Position numbers and translations under genes: made by a program. Positions 27,084 to 36,134 of a stretch of DNA of 64,000 bases are shown piece by piece. The stretch comes from an uncultured Bifidobacterium sp. Lineage in GTDB: Bacteria > Actinomycetota > Acidimicrobiia > Acidimicrobiales > Ilumatobacteraceae. Every line of letters starts with the position of its first letter. The stretch's first letter is position 1. The notes under the pieces were generated by a model that saw only the letters and a program-made list of their open reading frames with translations, was not told where the DNA came from and ran no database searches. The DNA lies in contig CAYRUT010000004.1 in the NCBI GenBank assembly GCA_964427545.1, positions 3,638 through 67,637 on the forward strand. Direction: 5' to 3'.

Positions 27084-28487
27084 TCAGAACTTCGACGCCA
27101 GCGCCTGCGCGCATTCGGCAAGTTCGCCCGCCGAGGCGGCAACAGCCGCCACGTAACGGTCGGGCCGCACCACAATGGCGTACGCATCCTGCACGGCCTG
27201 CGGGGCCACCACCACCGGGGCCGCGATCGACTTCAATGACGCGGGGAGTTCGATGTTGCCCTGCGCCACCACGACGAATGACGCGCCGTTCTCCCGGACA
27301 CGCAACGAGACCTCGGGGTGGTACCAGAACTGATGACCGACACGGGGGTCGTCACCGGCCACGACACCCGATTCGATGTGTGGGCTCGGTCTCGAACCGC
27401 CGTAGCCGCTCTCGACGTCGACTCCGTGGCTCTCGCGCCCACCGAGCTGGTCTATGAGGCGCCCCATGTCGACCGCGTGTGCAATGGTGCTGCGCACGTG
27501 GGGCGCACGTTCCTCTGTGTACGTGTCGAGAATGTTCTCCGATGCGAGACCGCGCTTCACGAACGAGAACTTCCATGCCAGGTTGAGTGCGTCGCGCATG
27601 CCCGAGTTCAGACCCTGACCGGCGAACGGCGGGGTCTGGTGTGCGGAGTCACCCGCGAGGAACACGTTCCCCCTGCGCATCTCCGGTGCCACCACTGCAT
27701 GGAACCTGTACACCGCACTGCGCACGAGGCGGGAGTTCTCCGGAGAGATCATCCCGTCGAGCAGACCCCACAGGCCCTCGTCGGTGTTCAGCAGGTCGGC
27801 ATCTTCGTTCTCCTGCACCTGGAACTCCCAGCGCCGGAACCGTCGCACGCCCTGCACGAACGTGAACGGTCTGTCCTTGTGGCAGTACTGGCGGACACCG
27901 ACCGGCAGGTCGACGTCTGCACCGATGTTCAGTTCTGCGTCGACGACCAGCCACTCCTGGTCGAACCTGAGATCCTCGAGCTGGATACCGACCTGCTTGC
28001 GTGTCCAACTGCTCGCCCCGTCGCATCCCACGTACCAACGCGATTCGACGACATCGCCGTTGTCGAGTGTCGTAGTCACCGACGATCCGTTGTCTTTCAT
28101 GGCGACTGCCGTGCGACCCCAACGCACATCGGCCCCGCGGCGCTCGGCCTCTGCACGCAACATGGTGTCGAGTTCGGGCTGGTAGTGCGTGATGACCGGC
28201 GGAACCCCCTGCAGACCCATCGGAGGAATGTCGGCCCCGATCACGACCTCGCCGTCAGGGCCGACGAAGTCGCCGCGCTGCAGTGGTTCGGTGTTCGCCG
28301 TCAACCATTCACCGAGTCCGTGGTCGTGGAACGCCCGCTGGATCTCGTCGTCCATCACGATGGCGCGGGGCAGTTGGTAGGGCACCAGATCACGGTCGAT
28401 CACGGTGTTTGTGACGCCCATGTCGGAGAGCACCACCGAGAGGAACGTTCCGACGGGTCCTCCGCCCAGGATCGTGACGTCACGCAT
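27084..28487 (-). CDS. FAD-dependent monooxygenase (MhpA-like aromatic hydroxylase)
   Basis: 467 aa: 'VTILGGGPVGTFLSVVL' and 'VFLAGDSAHQTPPFAGQGLNSGMRD'. Confidence 0.85.
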   Translation of the reverse strand: MRDVTILGGGPVGTFLSVVLSDMGVTNTVIDRDLVPYQLPRAIVMDDEIQRAFHDHGLGEWLTANTEPLQRGDFVGPDGEVVIGADIPPMGLQGVPPVITHYQPELDTMLRAEAERRGADVRWGRTAVAMKDNGSSVTTTLDNGDVVESRWYVGCDGASSWTRKQVGIQLEDLRFDQEWLVVDAELNIGADVDLPVGVRQYCHKDRPFTFVQGVRRFRRWEFQVQENEDADLLNTDEGLWGLLDGMISPENSRLVRSAVYRFHAVVAPEMRRGNVFLAGDSAHQTPPFAGQGLNSGMRDALNLAWKFSFVKRGLASENILDTYTEERAPHVRSTIAHAVDMGRLIDQLGGRESHGVDVESGYGGSRPSPHIESGVVAGDDPRVGHQFWYHPEVSLRVRENGASFVVVAQGNIELPASLKSIAAPVVVAPQAVQDAYAIVVRPDRYVAAVAASAGELAECAQALASKF

Positions 28488-29085
28488 CGCGGTCGACCAT
28501 CTCTGACATCATCTGGTTGCGGATCCTGCGGGCAGCGATGCGCACCTGTTCCTGGTCGTCGGGCGTCGTTGCATCGACCACCGAGAGAATGAACGGCTCG
28601 AGGGCGGCCCACCCCATCTCCATCGCCATGGAGAGACCGACCTTTGCCTTCAGTTCGACCGACGGTTGCTCTTCTCCGCGCTCATGTGCGAGGTGCAGCA
28701 GTGCGTTCCGTGGCACCGACACGTCTTCGGTGATTTCGGTGCGCGCGAGCGACATCTCGTTGTCGAGCACCGCACGGACAACGGCGCGGAGGTACGCGGG
28801 GTCGCCGAGCAGGGCAAAGGGTGCCGGCAGCGGCTGTTTCCGCGACTGCTCCATTGCGTACGCGTGGTGCTCGTGCACCAGGTGCTCCATCGCGGCGTGC
28901 AACAACGCGTCTTTCCCGCCGAAGTAGTGGTGCACGAGACCGTGGTTGACGCCGGCACGTTCGGCAATGGCACGAATGCTCAACGAACTGGGCCCCACCT
29001 CGCCGAGCAGGTCGGCGGTTGCGCGGATGAGTTTGTCCTCGGTGTCGGCGCGTGTGCGCGTCGACTTCTCCTCTGCGGTGATCAC
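28480..29085 (-). CDS. TetR/AcrR family transcriptional regulator
   Basis: GTG at 29085 overlaps the stop of the upstream gene (GTGA). HTH 'SIRAIAERAGVNHGLVHHYFGGK'. The longer track ORF 28480..29409 is a 5' extension. Confidence 0.85.
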   Translation of the reverse strand: MITAEEKSTRTRADTEDKLIRATADLLGEVGPSSLSIRAIAERAGVNHGLVHHYFGGKDALLHAAMEHLVHEHHAYAMEQSRKQPLPAPFALLGDPAYLRAVVRAVLDNEMSLARTEITEDVSVPRNALLHLAHERGEEQPSVELKAKVGLSMAMEMGWAALEPFILSVVDATTPDDQEQVRIAARRIRNQMMSEMVDRDA

Positions 29086-29606
29086 TTGCCGGCTGTCGCG
29101 TAGTCGGTGATCGACGCGGCCGGCTCGCCGGAGCGGTACCGCTGCGCAAGGGCCTCGAAGTCGACGTTGATGCCGATGGGGTTCGCCGCAAACAGTGGCC
29201 CCGCCATGAAGGCATCGGCTTCGTCCATGGTCATCGCGTCGACCTGGGTCTCGACCTGGTTGCCGTCGGGGTCGCGGTAGTAGGCCGACAGGGTCATGCC
29301 GTGGTTGATGGTCCAGTAGGGCGAGATTCCGCGCGCCTTCATGCGCTCGTACTGGCCGAAGAGATCGTCGAGATTCGCGTAGGTGAACGCGAAATGCTCG
29401 GTGCCGCATGCTCTTGCGTCACGGTCCTCGAGATTCGGGATGTTGGCGATGGCGATGCGGTGGTGCTCGTCGTCGTACGAGATGAACGAGATGAAGTCGT
29501 TCTCGTGACGGGCCGTGCCCTCGAGGAAGTACTTCCACCAATCGAGCATCTCTGCATAGCGCGAGGTCTTCAGAACGACGTGGGCGAATTTGACGGGTGA
29601 TGCCAT
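29082..29606 (-). CDS. VOC-family (glyoxalase/extradiol dioxygenase-type) protein, single-domain
   Basis: In-frame ATG at 29606: 'MASPVKFAHVVLKTSRYAEMLDWW...HHRIAIANIP...GTEHFAFTY...MTLSAYYRDPDGNQVE'. 174 aa. Confidence 0.8.
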   Translation of the reverse strand: MASPVKFAHVVLKTSRYAEMLDWWKYFLEGTARHENDFISFISYDDEHHRIAIANIPNLEDRDARACGTEHFAFTYANLDDLFGQYERMKARGISPYWTINHGMTLSAYYRDPDGNQVETQVDAMTMDEADAFMAGPLFAANPIGINVDFEALAQRYRSGEPAASITDYATAGK

Positions 29607-29610
29607 GGTG

Positions 29611-29651
29611 GTCTCGTTTCTGTGCGATTTAGTCAAGCGACTAAACGAGAC
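29611..29651. promoter_or_regulatory. Nested inverted repeats in a divergent promoter region (candidate TetR operator)
   Basis: Outer 9-bp arms GTCTCGTTT (29611-19) / AAACGAGAC (29643-51). Inner palindrome TTTAGTC-aagc-GACTAAA (29628-45). These fill most of the 58-nt gap between the VOC and FAH start codons. Confidence 0.5.
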
Positions 29652-29664
29652 TATAGTGCGTTCC

Positions 29665-30513
29665 ATGACATTGCGATTCGCCTCGAAAAACGGCCGTGCC
29701 CAGTTGGTCATCGGCGCCGACAACCTGCTCGTCGACCTCGCCGAGGCCAGCAACGGCAAGTTCGGCTCTGACCCCATCGACGCCTTCCGGCGCTGGAACG
29801 AGGTGCGTGATTTCGCTGCGTCGTACTCGGGCGGCGGCGCACCCTGCGATGTCGAGTCACTCGATGCTCCGTCGCCGTGGCCGACACAGGTGTTCGGCAT
29901 CGGTCTCAACTACCGCACGCACGCCGAGGAAAGCGGCATGGAGATCCCGAAGTCACCACTCACCTTCACCAAGTTCTCGTCGTCGATCGCACACGGAAAT
30001 GCGCCGGTCCCGGTGTACGGCGCCGCTGTCGACTGGGAGGTCGAGCTCGTCGTCGTCATCTCGACGGGCGGTCGCGACATCTCGCGAGAAGACGCGTGGA
30101 ACCACGTCGCCGGTGTCGCGGTGGGTCAGGACATCTCCGACCGCAAACTGCAGCTCGCCAGCCAGCCCCCGCAGTTCAGCCTCGGCAAGAGCCGCAAGAA
30201 CTACTCCCCCTTCGGGCCGTGGCTCGTCGATGCCCGCGACGTGGAGAACCGCGATGCTCTGCACATGACATGCACGCTGAACGGCGAGGTTGTCCAGGAC
30301 ACCAACACCGACGACCTCATCTTCGACGTCTCCGACATCGTGTCGTACCTGTCGGGAATCGTTCAGTTGTTGCCGGGTGACGTGATCTTCACCGGCACAC
30401 CGGGCGGTGTCGGTGCCAGCCGCAAGCCGCCCGTGTTCCTGAAGCCCGGCGACGTTCTCGTGTCGACCATCGACGGCATCGGCACCACCACAAACACCTG
30501 CACCGAACCCTGA
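29665..30513 (+). CDS. Fumarylacetoacetate hydrolase (FAH) family protein
   Basis: In-frame ATG at 29665 (MTLRFASKNGRAQLV). 'VDWEVELVVVI' and 'GDVIFTGTPGGVG' are typical of FAH-family hydratases/decarboxylases. Confidence 0.9.
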   Translation: MTLRFASKNGRAQLVIGADNLLVDLAEASNGKFGSDPIDAFRRWNEVRDFAASYSGGGAPCDVESLDAPSPWPTQVFGIGLNYRTHAEESGMEIPKSPLTFTKFSSSIAHGNAPVPVYGAAVDWEVELVVVISTGGRDISREDAWNHVAGVAVGQDISDRKLQLASQPPQFSLGKSRKNYSPFGPWLVDARDVENRDALHMTCTLNGEVVQDTNTDDLIFDVSDIVSYLSGIVQLLPGDVIFTGTPGGVGASRKPPVFLKPGDVLVSTIDGIGTTTNTCTEP

Positions 30514-30516
30514 CCG

Positions 30517-31485
30517 TCAGGCCGTGAGGAACGGCCCGGTCTTCTCGTTGCACCACGCCCACAGCGCATCGCGTGCTGCCGCGTTGTCGCTCGAACGGGT
30601 GGAAGACGTCTTGTGCGTGGCGCGCACCGCGCGGTCGCACCAGAAAGTGCCCGAGCCGCCGGGCAACGGCGTCACCGCGGCCAACCACGCGATGGTGTCG
30701 GCACCCTGTGCGACAGTGCGCAGTATCGGCCGGGTTGCCACACGGAACAGCGGGATTGATTCCTGCACGCCGGGGGTGTCTGCCCAGCCGGGATGCATCG
30801 CCACGAAATCGACATCGGGTTCCTCGGCCGCCCACATGGCGTTGAGTGTCACCTGCGCCCGCTTTGCAATCGCGTACTGACGGGTGCCGTCGTACTTCGT
30901 CATCTCGAGACTCTCACCCTTGTGCAACTGCGGCAGTGCCGCGGCGTACATGCCACCCGACGACACCGTGACCACGCGACCGTGCGCCGCACGCAGTGCA
31001 TCACGCAGCATCGTGGTCATGAGATGCGGGCCCACAACGTGTGATGCCACCGTCTGCTCGATTCCCTGCGGTGACAACTCGCGTTGCTGCAGCAATGCGC
31101 CCGCATTGTGGACGAGAGCGTCGATGCGGGGGAAACGTCGGGCAATCTCGCGTGAGGCCGACGACACCGACCCCAGGTCGCCCATCTCGGCACACACGAT
31201 GTCGACGGTCGGCGCCGACCGCAGTGCACGCAACCCGGCTGCGGTTGCCTCGCACTTGGCGGGGTTGCGCCCGACGAGAACCAGGTGTGCCCCCGCGGTG
31301 GCGAGCATGCGGGCCGTCTCGGCGCCGAGACCCGATGTCGGTCCGGTGATCACGATGGTGCGCCCCGTCAGGCTCATGGTCGAAACGTCTGACCAGTGCT
31401 CGACACGCGAACGAATCGCATACCCGATGCGCGAGAAACCCGGCACCACCGCCGCATCGAGGGCCCTGTCGAGAAACGACGTCAT
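30517..31485 (-). CDS. SDR family oxidoreductase
   Basis: In-frame ATG at 31485. 'VITGPTSGLGAETA' (TGxxxGxG) and 'YAIAK' (YxxxK). Confidence 0.85.
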   Translation of the reverse strand: MTSFLDRALDAAVVPGFSRIGYAIRSRVEHWSDVSTMSLTGRTIVITGPTSGLGAETARMLATAGAHLVLVGRNPAKCEATAAGLRALRSAPTVDIVCAEMGDLGSVSSASREIARRFPRIDALVHNAGALLQQRELSPQGIEQTVASHVVGPHLMTTMLRDALRAAHGRVVTVSSGGMYAAALPQLHKGESLEMTKYDGTRQYAIAKRAQVTLNAMWAAEEPDVDFVAMHPGWADTPGVQESIPLFRVATRPILRTVAQGADTIAWLAAVTPLPGGSGTFWCDRAVRATHKTSSTRSSDNAAARDALWAWCNEKTGPFLTA

Positions 31486-31958
31486 GAGCGTTCTGCCAGT
31501 GTCGCCATGAGCATCGCCGCGACAATGACACCCCGGGTGGTCCACGCAACCGTTCGCACCCAGTTGGTGGCCACGAGTTCGCGGCCCACCTCGGCATCAG
31601 GACTGGTGGCCATGCGTGCATGACGCGGAACAGACAGCAACACGGTCGCACCGAGGGCAACCGCGAGTGGAACGCCGGCAAGCCACGGAACGAACCACGC
31701 CACGCCCGGGGGAACCATGGCGAGAAGCATCAGAGTTGTGACGCCTTCGACGGCCATGGGTGCCATCACCACCCAACCGGTGCGCTTCTGGTGCTCGACC
31801 GCCACGTTCGCGGCGGCACCGACCGGCACCACAGACAACAGCGGATAATGAACCACCTGCACGAACCAGATCACCCCGACCATGGTCCATGTCGCGACAG
31901 CGTTCAGCAGCAGCACGAGATCATCCACGGGGTCACCGTACCGTTGGGGGCAATGCAC
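31482..31958 (-). CDS. DUF1772-like membrane protein
   Basis: Four hydrophobic segments. Its stop overlaps the SDR start (ATGA). The start is uncertain: GTG at 31958 or GTG at 31928. Confidence 0.55.
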   Translation of the reverse strand: MHCPQRYGDPVDDLVLLLNAVATWTMVGVIWFVQVVHYPLLSVVPVGAAANVAVEHQKRTGWVVMAPMAVEGVTTLMLLAMVPPGVAWFVPWLAGVPLAVALGATVLLSVPRHARMATSPDAEVGRELVATNWVRTVAWTTRGVIVAAMLMATLAERS

Positions 31959-31975
31959 TGCCTACGCTTGGGTGC

Positions 31976-32131
31976 GTGACGCGCGTCCCGAAGCCCAAGA
32001 ACGGCCACGCACCACGGACGTGCGAACGGTGCGGTCGACAGTTCGAATGGCGCCGCAAATGGGCGCGCGACTGGGAGAACGTGAAGTTCTGTTCGGAGAA
32101 GTGCCGGCGCTCGGGTGCCCCGGGTTCCTGA
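31976..32131 (+). CDS. DUF2256 small zinc-binding protein
   Basis: GTG at 31976 is in frame in ORF 31760..32131. 'RTCERCGRQFEWRRKWARDWENVKFCSEKCRR' matches the DUF2256 pattern. 51 aa. Confidence 0.7.
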   Translation: MTRVPKPKNGHAPRTCERCGRQFEWRRKWARDWENVKFCSEKCRRSGAPGS

Positions 32132-32132
32132 A

Positions 32133-33215
32133 CTACGCGGGAATACCGAACTCGGCGATGTCGACGCTGCGGCGTTCGTCGATCGAACGATGGGCCGCGG
32201 CACCGATCACCACGCTCCACAGCCCGTCGTCCACCGTCACCTCGGGCCGGGTGCCGTTCGACACCGCATCGACGAAGCGTTTGCACTCGATGAAACTCGC
32301 CCCGAAGTGAAAACCGACATGAGCGACATCGGGGTCGATGGCGACGTCGACAGACGAGACCTTGCGGCTCGACCGTTCGCCGACGTAGACCTTGCCGTCG
32401 CCCGGGACGAAGGCCTCGACCTTGCCGAGGGTCCCGACGGCCGTGATCTCCTGTTCGTGGCGTGACCCCTCGGCGAACATGCTGAGGTCGAGCATCGAGC
32501 GCACGCCGTTCTCGTACTCGACGATCACGTAGGCATTGTCGAGAATGTCGCTGCGTTCGCCGTCGTAGAACTCGTCGAGATGGTTGACGTCCTGGCCACC
32601 GCTCGCCATCACCCGCACCGGACGCGACCCGACCACGAGGTTCATCAGGTCGAAGAAGTGACAGCATTTCTCCACGAGAGTGCCCCCCGTGTTGCGACTG
32701 AACCTGTTCCAGTTGTCGACCTTCACGAGAAAGGGGAAACGGTGCTCGCGGATGGCGAGCATCTTCAGGTCGCCCACGGCGCCTCGGTGCACCTGCCTCA
32801 CCAGTTCGGCGATGGGTGCCATGTAGCGGTACTCGAGACCCACCCACGTGAGAGCAGAACGTGACTGCTGGGCCCGCACCACCTCGATGCAGTCGTCGAC
32901 CGTGGTGCACATCGGCTTCTCGACCAACACGGGCAGGTCGGTCGAGAAGACGTCGTCGAGAATCGACTTGTGCGTGAAGTTCGGTGACGCCACGACGACC
33001 GCGTCGACACGACCCGACGACAACAGTTCGCGGTGGTCGACGAACTCGTGCACCCCGGCGAAGGCCTCCCCCATGGTGAGACGCGCCCATTCGCGGGGTT
33101 CGTTGTTCGGGTCGCTGACAGCCGTGATCTCGACGGTGTCGAGACCCATCAGGTTCCTGATGTGCTCGCACCCCATCATCCCGGTGCCGATCACACCCAC
33201 ACGCAACTTCGACAT
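32133..33215 (-). CDS. Gfo/Idh/MocA family oxidoreductase
   Basis: 360 aa with a Rossmann N-terminus, 'LRVGVIGTGMMGCEHIRNL'. Confidence 0.85.
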   Translation of the reverse strand: MSKLRVGVIGTGMMGCEHIRNLMGLDTVEITAVSDPNNEPREWARLTMGEAFAGVHEFVDHRELLSSGRVDAVVVASPNFTHKSILDDVFSTDLPVLVEKPMCTTVDDCIEVVRAQQSRSALTWVGLEYRYMAPIAELVRQVHRGAVGDLKMLAIREHRFPFLVKVDNWNRFSRNTGGTLVEKCCHFFDLMNLVVGSRPVRVMASGGQDVNHLDEFYDGERSDILDNAYVIVEYENGVRSMLDLSMFAEGSRHEQEITAVGTLGKVEAFVPGDGKVYVGERSSRKVSSVDVAIDPDVAHVGFHFGASFIECKRFVDAVSNGTRPEVTVDDGLWSVVIGAAAHRSIDERRSVDIAEFGIPA

Positions 33216-33296
33216 GTGCTCAGACTATGACGGTGAGGGGTTTGCCGTCACCGACGGGCGCACTATTGTCAGGGGTCATCGCATCGGGGGGATGCA

Positions 33297-34427
33297 ATGA
33301 CCACGGGGGGAAATCCAATGGCAATCGTCGATCTCATCGAGTCCGGGCTCGGGCTGCTGAAGTCAGAGTCAGACATCACACCGCAGTGGGTCGAGGGTGT
33401 GCTGCGCGGCAGCGGCAATCTCGAGGACGGCGTGTCGGTCACCGGTGTGTCGACCCAGCGCATCGGTGAGGGTGTCGGCATCCTCAGCATTCTGCAGCGC
33501 ATCACGCCCACGTACTCGGGGCAGACCTCGAAGGCGCCGAAGACTTTCGTGGTCAAGTACCCCACCGACGACGCGACCCAGCGGTTCACCGCCGACGCAC
33601 TGGCGCTCTACATCCGCGAGTTGATCTTCTACAGGGACTGCGCACCCGACGCCCCGTTCAGAACGGCGAAGTGCTTCGCCCAGGCAATCGCCGGCGACAA
33701 CACCGACTTCACCATCGCGATGGAAGACATAGGCCACATGCGCGCCCTCAACCAGCTCGACGGCATCAGTCTCGAGGAGTCGCGGATTCTTCTCGAGAAG
33801 CTCGCTGACTTCCATGCAATGTGGTGGGGCAGCCCGAAGCTTGCGGCTTACGAGGCCACGTTCCAGCCGCTCGCCAACCCCACCTACAACGCGGTGCTTC
33901 CCATGCTCTGGACCGGCGGCTGGCCGAATGTCGAGCAGTACGCCGGGCATCTTCTTCCCGACAGCGTGCGCGAGATCGGTGGCATCTGGGCCGGCAAGGT
34001 CTCGTGGATGCTCGACAACCTGATGACGCCCACCACCATGTGCCACGGTGACTACCGGGCCGACAACATCATGTTCGACGGCGACAAGCCTGCCGTCATC
34101 GACTTCCAGCTCATCGGCACCGGTTCGGGCATCTACGACGTGGGCTACTACATCAGCCAGTCGATCGCCACCGATGTGCGCCGCGGGCACGACCGCGAAC
34201 TGCTCGAGGTCTACCTGAAGCGTCTCGAGAGCCACGGCATCGAGGTCGACCGTGAAGAGGCCTGGCGCCAGTATCTCGTCTGCATCTGCTTCTGCGTCAC
34301 CTACGGAGTCACCACGTTCGGCGGCTTTGCCGACCAGAACGAGCGGGGTCAGCAACTCTTGCAGGACATGTTGCTGCGCGCACTCAACTGTGTGGCCGAC
34401 AACAACGCCCTCGAGGTGCTGAAGTAA
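33297..34427 (+). CDS. Phosphotransferase enzyme family protein (APH/EcKinase-like)
   Basis: 376 aa. Catalytic loop 'HGDYRADNIMF' and 'VIDFQL' (DFG-like). Confidence 0.75.
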   Translation: MTTGGNPMAIVDLIESGLGLLKSESDITPQWVEGVLRGSGNLEDGVSVTGVSTQRIGEGVGILSILQRITPTYSGQTSKAPKTFVVKYPTDDATQRFTADALALYIRELIFYRDCAPDAPFRTAKCFAQAIAGDNTDFTIAMEDIGHMRALNQLDGISLEESRILLEKLADFHAMWWGSPKLAAYEATFQPLANPTYNAVLPMLWTGGWPNVEQYAGHLLPDSVREIGGIWAGKVSWMLDNLMTPTTMCHGDYRADNIMFDGDKPAVIDFQLIGTGSGIYDVGYYISQSIATDVRRGHDRELLEVYLKRLESHGIEVDREEAWRQYLVCICFCVTYGVTTFGGFADQNERGQQLLQDMLLRALNCVADNNALEVLK

Positions 34428-34456
34428 CCGCCCTGTTCGTCGGGCACACTTGAACC

Positions 34457-34816
34457 ATGAGTGACCACACACACGACCACGGCCGCGGGCTGCTGCAGCA
34501 ACTCGGTGCCGAGGGTCGCGAACTGCGCAACCTGATCCCCGATGTGTACGCAGGCTTCGGCGAACTGCACAAGGCCGCCTTCAACGACGGCGAGGTCGAC
34601 CGCAAGACCAAGGAACTGATCGCGCTCGCCATCGCCATCACCGTCAAGTGTGACGGCTGCATCGCGAGTCATGCGCGCGGGGCGGCGCTCGCAAAAGCGA
34701 CAGAACGCGAGGTTGCCGAGACCATCGGCGTCGCAATCAGCATGAACGGCGGCCCGGGCACGGTGTACGGCCCGCGCGCCCTCGCGGCATTCCGCGAGTT
34801 CGCCAAGCCCGAATGA
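34457..34816 (+). CDS. Carboxymuconolactone decarboxylase / AhpD-like family protein
   Basis: 119 aa with the CxxC motif 'VKCDGCIASHARGA'. Confidence 0.85.
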   Translation: MSDHTHDHGRGLLQQLGAEGRELRNLIPDVYAGFGELHKAAFNDGEVDRKTKELIALAIAITVKCDGCIASHARGAALAKATEREVAETIGVAISMNGGPGTVYGPRALAAFREFAKPE

Positions 34817-34817
34817 A

Positions 34818-36032
34818 CTAGTGACCGACTGAGCGGTTGATGCGCACCGGCACCGTTCGGGGCCCGCGCACCTGACCACCGGCCCAGGTGACCTCGGCGC
34901 CCTCGATCAACTCGAAGTCGGGCACTCGTGCGAGGAACTCCTCGATGGCGACCCGCATCTCCATGCGTGCGAGGTTCGAGCCCACGCAACGATGGATTCC
35001 CGCACCGAACGCCACGTGGCGGTTGTGCTGACGGTCGATGATCACCTGGTCGGGGTTCTCGAAATGGGCAGGGTCGCGGTTCGCAGCGGGGAACGCCATG
35101 AGAACACGGTCGCCCGCATGCATCGGGCAGCCCTCGTATTCCATGTCGTCGTTCACCAGACGGGCCATGGTGACCGGTGAGTACGCACGCAGGAACTCCT
35201 CGACGGCCGACGGAATCAGTTCCGGTTCGCGCACAAGACGCTCACGGTCTTCCTTGTTCGTGGCGAGGTGCCACAACGATGACCCGATGCCGCTCCATGT
35301 GGTGTCGACGCCGGCGATCAACAGAAGTCCGCACATGCCGAGAATCAGCCCGTCGGAAAACGGCTCGCCGTCGTGCTCGGCGTGCACCAACTCACCGATC
35401 AGGTCTGATGTCGACCCGGTCTCGCGGCGCTTGATGATCTCTCCCATGAAGAAGTCCTGCAGTTCGCCGCGGGCCTTGATGCGCAGTTCGGGGTTGGTGA
35501 GGCCCGCCTCGAGGCTCCACCGCACCCACTTCGTGAAGGTGTCCTTCATCGTCGTCGGCACGCCGAGCATGGTGGCGATGACCTGGGCCGGAATCTGCTG
35601 TGCGTAGTCGACCGCAGCATCGGCGGTCTCCTTGCCGGCGATGACATCCATCAGTTCACGGCACCATGCACGCGTGAACACCTCGAGTTCGTCGACGGCC
35701 TTCGGCGAGAACGCGGGGAGAAGCTGACGACGCGTCCAGGTGTGCATCGGTGCGTCGACCGCAATCGGCGCACCAGTGGTCACCCCGTATGCGCCCGAGC
35801 CACGCGGTTCGGCGGGGGGCACCACGAGGATCTCGCGCGACGAGAACAGTTCCGGTTCGCGAGCCATCTTCGAGACGATGTCGTAGGTGGTCGGCAACCA
35901 CGAACCACCCCACTTGTCGGTGTGGGCGATCGGGCATTTCTCGCGCAGGTCGTCCCAGATGCCGAACGGATTCTCGATGTAGTCCTTGTCGAAAATGTCG
36001 TAGGCAGTGGTCCAGTCGATCAACTCTCCCAT
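34818..36032 (-). CDS. Cytochrome P450
   Basis: In-frame ATG at 36032 (MGELIDWTTAYDIF), 404 aa. Heme-binding 'FGAGIHRCVGSNLA' and an I-helix 'AGVDTT'-type motif. Confidence 0.9.
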   Translation of the reverse strand: MGELIDWTTAYDIFDKDYIENPFGIWDDLREKCPIAHTDKWGGSWLPTTYDIVSKMAREPELFSSREILVVPPAEPRGSGAYGVTTGAPIAVDAPMHTWTRRQLLPAFSPKAVDELEVFTRAWCRELMDVIAGKETADAAVDYAQQIPAQVIATMLGVPTTMKDTFTKWVRWSLEAGLTNPELRIKARGELQDFFMGEIIKRRETGSTSDLIGELVHAEHDGEPFSDGLILGMCGLLLIAGVDTTWSGIGSSLWHLATNKEDRERLVREPELIPSAVEEFLRAYSPVTMARLVNDDMEYEGCPMHAGDRVLMAFPAANRDPAHFENPDQVIIDRQHNRHVAFGAGIHRCVGSNLARMEMRVAIEEFLARVPDFELIEGAEVTWAGGQVRGPRTVPVRINRSVGH

Positions 36033-36134
36033 GGCTCCCCCTCGTGTCGTGCCCCGCGTGCCGGTGCAGCTCCCTACGGTGACAATAACTTCCCGACTGA
36101 GCGTGACCATAGTCATAGGGCATACGATTCGCCC

